Positions 1-9,621 of a stretch of DNA of 64,000 nucleotides are shown here, one piece after another (the first letter of the stretch is position 1; every line of letters begins with the position of its first letter). The stretch comes from Cladosporium halotolerans (taxonomy: Eukaryota): contig NW_027191464.1 of NCBI RefSeq assembly GCF_011745625.1, positions 372,001 through 436,000 on the forward strand, in the 5' to 3' direction. The notes beneath the pieces were generated by a model. That model was not told the DNA's origin and did no database searches. It saw nothing but the letters and a program-made list of their open reading frames with translations. A program made the position numbers and the translations under genes.

Positions 1-1909
1 CAGGACGTGCGTGTAGGGAAGGTGGTGGAACCAAAGTATTAGGTCGTCCGGAGTGGTCGAGACGTCCTCAAACATCATAGCAATCTCTTTCGGGTACTGA
101 CCCGCGTTTGCGGTGCCGTTTTTCACGGTGCGGTCCATACCAATTGTGTCAGCATCAGCGCGTGTCCATTGGCCCCAAGGGTTGTCGTCTTGAGAGGCGG
201 GATTCGGTCCGTAGTGACCCAAGAGAATGTCAGTCAGGGTTTGTACGCCGAGATTGCCAGAGTATCCTTCGTATGCCGGCCAAGAAGCCATGGACATGTT
301 GGCAATGGTATTAACGACGAGCTCTTCGTGGCTGAATGTGAGTTTGGTCCAAGCGTTCAAGATATCGACCGAATCAGAAGACGGGTTCCAAGCCAGCCTA
401 CCGTAAGCGTAGAGGTTGCTCATTGCAAGGTGACTACCAAGCCAAGTATCGTTCATACCTGCACCTGCAACACCGGCATAACCACCTAGTGTCTTGTTGA
501 AGCGCTGGCCATTGACTATGGATTTCACAGGGGAAGCCTGCTCGTCAACACGAAGATCGAAATCCAATATCTCTTTCCATAGAGGCGACAAGTACACCAG
601 GTGCACGTTCTGGCCAAGGTACTCGGGGCTGATCTGAAGTTCCATGGCTGTAGCAGTGTTTGGTAGGTGCGCAAACAGTGGGGAGACTGGTTCTCTCACT
701 TGGAAGTCGATTGGCTATGCGGGAGTTAGCAAATAGGTCTCAAAAGGTTTCCCAACGAGCCACTTGACTTACGCCATACTTGATCTGCACCACCACGTTT
801 TCCATGAACTGTGTATCGAGGCCATCGAAAAAGTCGACTGCTGCATTCGCTCTGTCGTCCTTCCACCTCGTCTCGTTCAAGTTCTGATGGTCGTAGACGA
901 AAGCTCTGAACATACAGATACCACCATGCGGGTCCAACGCCTTGGCGAACATGTTCGCGCCATCCGCAAGTGTCCTGTTATACGTTAAGGGTCCGGGCTG
1001 GCCCTCGGAGTTAGCCTTGACAAGATAACCGGCAAAGTCAGGAATCCTCTCGTAAAGAGAATCGGTAACATTATGCCAGAACTCGATGACTTGCTCATCA
1101 AACGGATCGCTAGTGTTGGTGAATCCCAGTGCCTGAGGCGAAGCGAAGTACAGTGAAATACCCAGCTGTACACCGTAGGGTCTGAAGACATCAGCAATTC
1201 GGGCTAATCCGTCCATGTTGGTCGAGTTCAAGATCGTTTCATTCGCGTTGACGTTGTTGACGATGACTGCGTTGACACCGATAGATGCGAGCAGGCGAGC
1301 ATACTGTGCAGCGCGTGTCAAATCCTCTCTAACCACACCATCCCAGAAAAAGATCGAGTCGCCGCCGTAACCACGCTCGACACTACCGTGTGTGCCACCA
1401 TCTCGAAGGTTGTCCCACTGGTTGATCCAACGAATGGGTACATCGGGGCTCGACGCGTAGGAGATTGAAGAAACATTCCCTTGGGCGAGTAAAGAGAGAT
1501 ATTCGAATGCTCCGTACAAAGCTCCGCGCTCGTTTTTTCCAATGATCAAGGTCTGCTTGCCGGTAGTGTCCAAGTAGAAGCCGTCCTCGATGAGCTCTGG
1601 GATCTCAATGGACTCCTCAGCGTGGCTCATATAGGCTTCGAGGCTTCCAATGACGATGCTGGATGCATCGTCGGACCTTTCATGGCTCACATCGCAGCCT
1701 ACGCCGAAAATGCTGGCAATACCATGCTCCAGCTCCTTGGCTCCAGTGAGCACCGGACTAACTTCAGAAGTGTTAAGAGCTACAATTGTTCTCGGAATCT
1801 GGTCGGTATAGTCCTCAGCTCCAGGGAATGAGGCATAGCGAAGCCAGCCGTCCAGGCCGGTCTCCGCAGCCGCGAGGCCGATGGGAAGTAATGACAATAG
1901 AGCCCGCAT
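1..1909 (-). CDS. aguA: Secreted alpha-glucuronidase, glycoside hydrolase family 67 (3' part runs off the window). Exons 1909-773 and 714-<1
   Basis: Signal peptide MRALLSLLPIGLAAAE, then GH67 motifs WLRY, RWINQWDN, SVERGYGG, NNVNA and VKANSEGQPGP. The intron at 772-715 (GTAAG..GCTAAC..TAG) joins QIKYG to PIDFQVREP. Confidence 0.95.
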
Positions 1910-1974
1910 TGTGAAGATGCCGACCGCTGGCGATAATCACCGTATGGCACCCAGGTATTGTCATTCTGCCCGGT

Positions 1975-2245
1975 CTTATACGAAAACATGTAGACGATGC
2001 CCTAATTTGCCGGTGCGGTGTAGGCTAAACGTGCAGTCGCCGATGTCACGGTCAATGCCAGGCATGGAACCATAATTTACATGATTGCCCGAGGCATAAC
2101 CTGCCACTTGCTTTGGTAACAGTGCCGGGTAAATGCATCGCGGAACCCTTCGGTGCGTCACTTCTTGAAGTCAAAGGCCCAAGGCATCGAACCGAGAGCT
2201 TGGCTCTCGTGAATTCAAAGGCCGAACTCCTTTGGAGAAGCGGGG
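1975..2245. promoter_or_regulatory. aguA promoter with XlnR-type sites GGCTAAA (2023-2029) and CGGGTAAA (2126-2133), a CreA-type GCGGGG (2240-2245) and a TATA-like element near 1977
   Basis: Motifs read directly upstream of the aguA start. They match known XlnR (GGCTAA, CGGNTAAW) and CreA (SYGGRG) consensi, but are short and could be chance. Confidence 0.5.
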
Positions 2246-4411
2246 AAATGCAGATCACCTGCGGAAGGTTTCAATCCACGTGACATGCATGCCGAGTGGC
2301 AGTCAGTCCGCCTCAATTTGTTGTCATGGAAAGTCGAAGTTTTCGCCTCTTACTCACTCGTCCACTCAAGACACAATATCGGTTGCCAGCATGCTGACTT
2401 GAGCTTGACCATATGGACTTAACGTGAGCCTTTGCGATCAATAGAGAACAAGCCCGCTAAGACGAGAGGCTCACGACTTTAAGCAAGCCGACACGCTTGT
2501 GTCCGCTCACTTCCTACTCTGTCAGTCTCGTAGAGGGCCTTCTGAGACCTTCCTCTCATCTCCGGCTCCGATGTGGCTTTTTCCGAAGCGCCGATGGACT
2601 CGAGTGTTGGAAAAAGTGGCGCCTACCAGCTGATCAAAAAGCTCCTGTGCTCTTCGAGCAGGACGTAGTTGCGGCTTCGATATAGGAGTTCGCATGTCGC
2701 GGCAAATTCTTCTGTCTAGGACGCGGCGCTGATCCCGTCTGTTAAGGTGGTATCGATGAGCTAGGCTGAATGTGCAACCGACACGGCCTTGGCTACCATC
2801 AATTCTCCGCCATCACCTGTCGCACAATCCTTTTGAGGGGCCAGGAGCACTCTTGTGTCAAACCACATTGCTGCAGGTGAGCGACGTCTTAAGATCGGCA
2901 TCATTCGATCCATGCATCTACTTTTTCTCATTGAGTTTGTGCTGCGTGATGGCGAGCCATGCAGTGGCCAGTGGGCTCAAAGACCTGTTGTCTGGTCTGA
3001 ACATGGCAGTCACAGAGAGTCGGCCTTCCGTCCAGGCCCCTTCATCGTGGAGCTCAAGACTTGGAGGGAGGTGGAGTCGACTCCGTAGCAGAGAGACATC
3101 GCTCCTCCAAGCAGCTTGTGAATGCTCACTGCTCCTGTGTCACCTTGGGTCGTAGGGCTCTCAATGCCTTCTCATCTCGCCTCCATTGTAGGTGCAATAT
3201 CTGATTGTGCAGGCTATTCCAGTGAGTATTCACGATGGACAGCACAAAGGAGAGTATGTCTGCTCGTGGTCCGTACCGAACCCTCACAGTGTTGTCGACA
3301 TCGATCGGACCACGAGCACATGTGGCAATGTGTGGTTGTGTTCTTCGATTCCACACGTCAGCTCACCGTCAGCCTGGAGAGGACCCTTTCTCCATACTAG
3401 GCGAAGTCTTGTGTCGACAAATTGCACGACATCTCTGACCGCTTGAATCTCGAGAGGCTTTGTGCAGCACCTAGCCTCTATTGCGTTCAACCGCGTTTGA
3501 TCGCATGGTTCCAAGCAAGTTTCAGCGAACGGTACTTCAACATACGGCAAAGACAACAAGATACAACCGACTCGTCCATCCGCGCAGACCTCCGATCAGC
3601 TTCTAAGTCACGAAGCTGGTAGGACAGCGAAGCAGCCCAAAGCAGCATCCGCAAAGCGCCACCGTCTCTGTTGGTTTCACAAGAGCTGAGAATGACTGGT
3701 TCCAGGCCTTTCCCCTGTGTCCACGCGCCTTGCTGCTCGATGCAACGTCAAACGTTATCGAGTTGCACGGCCATGGTCGAGCATTTTGCCAGTATTTCAT
3801 CTCCGATGCCAAGTAGCCCTACATGCAATCCCCCGAGGACTACGGCATTTTACTACGCTGTGTGGCTGGACGGCAGATTCGAGGTCCATGTCTTCAGCAG
3901 TTACAACGAGGAAAACATCCTGTTGCGAAATGCAAACATGTATGGGGTGTTGATCATAAATTCGACTGTCCACGATTGTAAACATTTCAAAATCATTCAC
4001 CCCCGCTGCATTTCGTCCGCCTTGCTAAACTTATCAGCAAGGGAATTGTTACACCTCGAAAACAACTCCTCCTTCAAGTTCCAGGCCTCGATCAGCGCAG
4101 TGCCTGGGCTCCTGCAGCTCATGACGATCTGTTTACTCACCTGATGGAGCGACTGTCAGTCTCGCCACAATTTGACACTTTCTTCTCACCCTACATTGCC
4201 AAGCAGGCTGTAACAGTCTCGTAGCGGTATCAGACGACTTATCACACTATCATTGCAGGCAGTGTGACCATTCGTAGCACAATGCTCTTTTCTGGAAGAT
4301 CATAAATACACCCCAAAACCACCCATTTTGAGTTCTTAAGTGTAGGATCTCCATCAGCCATCGATAAGAATCGTTTAACCTCACCTGTGGTCAAAACGCT
4401 CCCAAAATACA

Positions 4412-4961
4412 ATGCGCCCAAACGTTAGTCGAGATCCTGGTTGAATTGTAACTCAAGGACTAAAGGTTTCATCAGGTCATCCTCTACTCGTCTCTGGCGC
4501 TCCTCGCCTCCCTTGTGGCCGCCAACCCTCTCGCATACGCAGAGGCTGATGCCGAAGCCATCGCCGCCCCCTCTCCCGACGACGGCGACCCTGTCTCGTT
4601 GGTAGCCGGAGTCGGCTGCAGGGGTCCCATCGTCAACGTGTTCGAATATGACCGTGACCGCTGCGTCAACCAGAGGGGCGGGCCTTTCGCCTACAAGCTC
4701 AAATTTGCGCCAGCCCCAGGGACCATTGGCCAACCGTACGAGAGCTCCTGCCGGAACGAGAACACGCCGGCCGACCGTGTCAGGTCGACGGTGTTCATCA
4801 GCGACGGATCAGACCGTTCCATTTGCGTTCTGCGTCTTTACAATGATCGCGATTGCCGCGGCGGCTTTCAGGATTACTCCTTGTCTCGTGGAGGCACTAA
4901 TGGAGTTACCGATTGTATCAACGACGTTTGGAGGTCTGCCAGAGTCCGCTGTGGCTTCTGA
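4412..4961 (+). CDS. Small secreted cysteine-rich protein (~165 aa), effector-like. Exons 4412-4423 and 4476-4961
   Basis: ATG at 4412. The 52-nt intron 4424-4475 (GTTAGT..ACTAA..CAG) gives the in-frame signal peptide MRPNVILYSSLALLASLVAA/NP. The remainder has 7 Cys. Confidence 0.8.
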
Positions 4962-5515
4962 TCGATCTGTTGGGTCGTTGAGAAGGGGGTTTATGCGACG
5001 CTCGATTGCAACTGTCAGCTTGCTGCGATGGTGGTGATGATGATGACGATGATGATGACAATTTTTGCGCCGTTTGCCGATTTCGATTTTCGAATTGATC
5101 GATCCATGGGCGTGGACGATGTCCTGTCTCTACATAGGTAGATATCGCATACCAATCGCGCTTTCTCCAATCCAAGTCGTGAATTTTCATGAGCCTAAGA
5201 GTAGGCCCACCAAAGGCGGATGAAATTACAGCAACACTTGTGTACATTCTCTGACCCCAGAGACCACAGTGTAGCACTGATACTACACTCGGCTCTAGGC
5301 TCTACACCTGAAGGCCTAGGTCACTAGTCAGAGAGTCTGTATATATCCTGCAAATCTTCGGTCAAGTGGTGGTGGCATTTGCACTAGGTCGACATCATCT
5401 CAAGAAAGCTTTGCCCCGAAATTCAGCGCGTCAGAGGCACCTGCAGTCCATCGACGAGAAGAACATCAAATGGAATCGATAGAAGAAAAATTCAAAAATA
5501 AAAAATAAAATATCA

Positions 5516-5810
5516 GGACGATGCTGGTGAGCCAGCACCGGAAGACTTGAGATCTGTAAGAGATGTTATTTCTAAAATCTCCCTAATAGGGAATCAAATT
5601 GCAAAAGAATTATGGACGATGCTAGTAAGCTAGCACCGGAAGACTTGAGATCTGAAAGAGACGTCATTTCTGAAATCTCCCTAATAGGGAATCGAACCTT
5701 AAAAATGGAAAAAAGACGGTAGAACGGTACTGGTTAGCCAGTACCGGAAGACTTGAAATCTGTAAGAGATGTTCATTTCTGAAATCTCCCCAACAGGGAA
5801 TCGAACCCTG
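5516..5810 (-). repeat. Three tandem ~100-nt units, each made of the tRNA-Asp 3' end + trailer + hairpin + T-tract
   Basis: Core GGAAGACTTGARATCTGWAAGAGAYGT..ATTTCTRAAATCTCCCYAAYAGGGAATC starts at ~5540, ~5638 and ~5746 (periods 98 and 108 nt). Confidence 0.92.
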
Positions 5811-5877
5811 GTCTCCCGCGGCTTATCATCGGGTAATGAATGACAAGCGGAAATCATAGCCACTAGACCATTGAGGA
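5786..5877 (-). tRNA. tRNA-Asp(GUC) with a 20-nt intron (5821-5840)
   Basis: Minus strand: acceptor TCCTCAA/TTGGGGA, discriminator G, A-box TGGTCTAGTGG, anticodon arm TCCGC-TT-GTC-AC-GCGGG with intron after position 37, T-arm CAGGG-TTCGATT-CCCTG. Mature length 72 nt. Confidence 0.95.
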
Positions 5878-6122
5878 TTCGGATGCTTCAGCATCCAATG
5901 GATGAGACGAGGGTGAACTCCGCTGATTCTATTGTCTTGCACTGCGTTTGCACTACATCTTTAACGCACGCTTCCCATGTCCGCGCAACGGAGGCAAGCA
6001 TCAATCATCAGAGTGTAACCATGCGTGGCACCGGTTCCCATGCAGCTTCGATTTTAGCCCTTGTCAAGCACTTTGGATCTTTTCGAGCACGTCGAATGCA
6101 TTGCGGGGTTCTTGAGACTTCC

Positions 6123-8858
6123 TCACCGATTGAGACTCAGCAACCCCTCAACATATCTCCTAGCATCAACACCAAACCCACCCAGCCCTCCTACTGCACC
6201 ACTTGCCTCTCCATTACCACCTGCAGCATTGCTACTGCTGGCACCTCTCATGCCAAGTGAGCTCCACATCCCACTGCCCATTCTGGAGCCAACGCTTGCC
6301 TTCGTTTGCGTCGGCCCTGAAGCGGAATCGTCTGCCTTCCGAACAAGGATTGCGACCCGGTGCGTTTGGTCCACCCTCGGCGCGGGTATGATGGAATCCA
6401 CGAGTCCAAGCGTGCTCCTCGGCCCGCCCTGCGAGTCTACCTGATTGCTGCCCGCGTTCTCTTCAGACTGCTGCACGGTTGACCCGTCGTCTGGCTTTGC
6501 GTCATCCTGGGCGACGGAAGGTGGCAACCGTAGCCAAACGACCCACCAGCTGCGAGACGTCTTGCTTGTACGCTCGAGAGCTGTGTCGCCCTTTGGGCCG
6601 GATGTTGCGGCTAAGGAAGCGAGGATGCTCGCGTGCACGTTGAGGGCTTCCAGGCGTGTCCATGGGTCATATGCGCCAGGGTTGGGGATGTTGGGAAGAC
6701 TTGAGTGGGTTGAAAGCCGTACAGGGTCATGAATGATGGAGAAGATTGGTGAGTCGCTGTGCGGGTGATGCGTAAGGAGACGCTGTGCGACGGTCTCCGG
6801 GCTCGTAGAGGCCAGGAGGCGCTTATGAATTGGTTTTAAGGTGTTATGCAGGGATTTGTAAAGGCCAGAATAGCTGAGAGACGGGGTCCGCTGTTCGAAG
6901 AGGAAGGCAAACATGAATGGCCTGCGGACGTAGATGAGCACGCGCAAACGGCGGAAGTTCTTGGTGACAGGGTTTTCTGGCATAAGATGGCCTGTGTCTC
7001 CATCTCCGTCCTCGCGGGCGAGATCTTCATCAACCTTCTCTGCGTAAGTCTGCTTCTTGGGCGCGATCTCGATTTGCACTGTGCGGACAAGTGTCCGCCT
7101 GCCACCGAATGTTTGTTGTGAACTGCCCTCGGTAATGCTGGCATCATCGTCTTCCTCATTTTCATCGGCAGACAGGTCACCTGTGAGACCGACAACAAAG
7201 CCGCCTTGGTTCTCACCACGGACTTGCAGCGCGAGCTTATTGCGCATCTCTTCACCTTCGGGCACGGGATCAATGTGAGACAAGGCAGCTTTGTCGTCTG
7301 TGGTACCACCGCTGGAAGTCGGAGCTTTGGATTTGCGTATGCTGTCCTCCGATGGCTTGGATGCCTTCGAATTGTCGGCTGATGGTTTTGGTGTGTCCGA
7401 CTGCTTCTTCGTGTATGATTTGGCAAGCGAACTAAGACCAAATGTCATGTACTTCATGTACTGATCTGGTATGCCCATGGTCGTTCCATCCTCGCTCTCC
7501 TCAGGTGCGTCACGTGTTGACTTCTGATCTGCATTTTTGGTCGCTTTGTTCAGTGCTTGTTCAGCAGCTGACACTATGGGAGGCGGGATATTGGGGTGAC
7601 TGGCCGATTGTGGCGTAGATGTACCAGTAGCGTGGTCATGCGAAGCAACCCGGTCGTACATTTGAGGCCTCGGATCCTTGGGAAGGAGGGCAGGGTCGAT
7701 GGTAGGCGACTCTGACCTTGCTGCCTCTTGTGCTTGGATCCTCTGCCGCAAATCCCGCGCATCAACCTGTCTCGAAGTTTTCGAGGAAGTCGACGAAGCG
7801 TTCTCTTGCGGAGGAGGGTTGCGTCTTCGCCGTTTTCGTCGCTCACGGTGAGGATTGTCCCGGACGCCATAAGCTTGTTCTCCATACGTGTATATTTGCC
7901 GCATCCAGAGAGAAATGCTTCGTAGGGAGTTCCGGTTGAGTTCGTCGAGTCCACTAAAGACAATGCCATCCGACGTAGAAGGGAGATTGCCGCTCCCTAG
8001 CCACGGCATTTCGTCCATTTCGGAGACTGAATTCTCGTCTCTTTCCGTTGTAGGCTCTCCAAACCTCGCTACAACCATATCCACCAAGCCTTCTGTCCTC
8101 CTCGTCATGCCCTCCAGCACCTCCCTCTCTCCACTTCCCCATTCCTCCTCGCCGACTCCGACTCCGAGCTCGCCGCCAGCAGCGAGCTTTACACCGCCAA
8201 GAACATCGACAGCCGGGTTTCCATGAAGCAAGACATCCCAGCTCCGCGCAAATCGCGTCCAGTATCTTTCCAGCGTGCTGCAAAACTTCTCCCGTGATAG
8301 CCTGACAAAAAGCTCATCCAGCGTCGGCCCATGATGCAGCAAAAACACCCAATGCGCCTGCAGCAACTGCTGTATCAGCAGTGCCGGCGAGCTAACCTCC
8401 CGCGACGAGTACTCCAGCGCAGGTTTCGCATTCGCCTCGCTCTTGCCCGCTGCTCCGGTCGCCGGCGCCGGTAGCCGCGTGAGATCAATCGAGGCCAGAA
8501 TCCACCAGCCCCTCTCCAGCTCGCGCAGCACGACGCGCGACTTCTCCGTCTCGACGGAGTCGACGGGCTGCTCGCCCTCAGAGAACGTCTTCGCGAAGCC
8601 GACCATGCCCTGCGCAAGCCCGATCTGCCTCAGCCGCTCGTTCTCGTCCTCGCGCTCTGCGGCCTTCCTCTTAGCTTCTGAGCCCGCATCTCCGCTCTTT
8701 TCTGCGCGTCGCGCTTCGGTGGTTTTGCGCGAGTACCAGAAGACCAGCTGGTCGGCGAATGTCTCGTCGGTTGGGCCGAGGGTGGGATTGTAGATGGCGA
8801 GGAAGGACAGCTGTGCTGGGGTCACGGAGGAGGCGTGGTATTTGTGGGTCGTGGTCAT
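6123..8858 (-). CDS. CCZ1: Vacuolar fusion protein Ccz1 homolog (longin-domain Mon1-Ccz1 GEF subunit), intronless, ~911 aa
   Basis: N-terminal PAQLSFLAIYNPTLG...ENERLRQIGLAQGMV.F...ETEKSRVV..ELE.GWWILASIDLT is typical of Pezizomycotina Ccz1, as is the C-terminal RRYVEGLLSLNR. ATG chosen at 8858. Confidence 0.85.
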   Translation of the reverse strand: MTTTHKYHASSVTPAQLSFLAIYNPTLGPTDETFADQLVFWYSRKTTEARRAEKSGDAGSEAKRKAAEREDENERLRQIGLAQGMVGFAKTFSEGEQPVDSVETEKSRVVLRELERGWWILASIDLTRLPAPATGAAGKSEANAKPALEYSSREVSSPALLIQQLLQAHWVFLLHHGPTLDELFVRLSREKFCSTLERYWTRFARSWDVLLHGNPAVDVLGGVKLAAGGELGVGVGEEEWGSGEREVLEGMTRRTEGLVDMVVARFGEPTTERDENSVSEMDEMPWLGSGNLPSTSDGIVFSGLDELNRNSLRSISLWMRQIYTYGEQAYGVRDNPHRERRKRRRRNPPPQENASSTSSKTSRQVDARDLRQRIQAQEAARSESPTIDPALLPKDPRPQMYDRVASHDHATGTSTPQSASHPNIPPPIVSAAEQALNKATKNADQKSTRDAPEESEDGTTMGIPDQYMKYMTFGLSSLAKSYTKKQSDTPKPSADNSKASKPSEDSIRKSKAPTSSGGTTDDKAALSHIDPVPEGEEMRNKLALQVRGENQGGFVVGLTGDLSADENEEDDDASITEGSSQQTFGGRRTLVRTVQIEIAPKKQTYAEKVDEDLAREDGDGDTGHLMPENPVTKNFRRLRVLIYVRRPFMFAFLFEQRTPSLSYSGLYKSLHNTLKPIHKRLLASTSPETVAQRLLTHHPHSDSPIFSIIHDPVRLSTHSSLPNIPNPGAYDPWTRLEALNVHASILASLAATSGPKGDTALERTSKTSRSWWVVWLRLPPSVAQDDAKPDDGSTVQQSEENAGSNQVDSQGGPRSTLGLVDSIIPAPRVDQTHRVAILVRKADDSASGPTQTKASVGSRMGSGMWSSLGMRGASSSNAAGGNGEASGAVGGLGGFGVDARRYVEGLLSLNR

Positions 8859-9621
8859 GCTAGAGAGCGTGGGAGGGGTTGATGCACGTGTAGAACGAGA
8901 GGGCAGCTGACCATTGGTGGTCGAGTGTTTTCGTTGGAAGGTCGAGGTATGACGTTGCACGGGCTGTCAAGCTTGACTTCCATGGCTTTCATGGAGAGCT
9001 GTAGAGGTACCAACCTCATGCACGTCTTGACAAGCTATCGGTTAACAATTGATAGGTGAATAGATAGTGGGCCGAAAGTTTCTGGCAAGACAGAATCTGA
9101 GTTGGACAAGTAACTTTTCTTTATCGCGTTGATTGTTTGGGACCGTACTCGATTCATGCAGCTGTTAATTGAATGAAGCAAGCAGATGAGATGAATCCCC
9201 AAACGAGCGAAAATAACAGTGTGTGTTACCTCAACCGACCCAAAAAGCATTCCGGAAATTACTAAAACTCTCACGGAAGCTATAGGCACGTTTGTGTTCA
9301 TTGTTCGATAGGCACTCGGGCATGTTAACGCCTCCATATAAATCGAGGTCTACCCCAACCCTAACCCTAAAGCAGAGCGCAAAACCTCACGAACACGACC
9401 AACCGTAGGTGCTGTGGGAGCACAATGCTGCAAATGGGTTGTGCACTGAAAAACGTCGCGCAGCTGAACAGTCTCTTGGAATGATAGGCGTGACAAAGCC
9501 AGCATCGAGAGGCTCATATATATCATTTCATATAGCCTTTACTCATCAAATTCATTTCTAACAGGGAGCAGCGTCTGCCCATGATATCGTCCTCCATATC
9601 CAGCTACAGTCTCCCGAAAAA

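Noticed and set aside
5027..5059. (GAT)n-like microsatellite
   Set aside because: Short, imperfect 3'-UTR simple repeat.
5516..5810. CRISPR-like array, or hammerhead/HDV-like ribozyme, in the tandem units
   Set aside because: Eukaryotic context, no cas genes, no unique spacers of constant length; no CUGANGA/GAAA core or HDV pseudoknot could be built.
9064..9073. 9-nt complement to an LSU rRNA segment (UAGUGGGCC) as a snoRNA guide
   Set aside because: Short, based on recalled rRNA sequence, and the geometry does not fit a pseudouridylation pocket with a downstream ACA.
9354..9370. CCCTAA repeats as a telomere or telomerase RNA template
   Set aside because: Only ~2.5 units and internal. The plus-strand space before RQC1 is far too short for a Pezizomycotina telomerase RNA.
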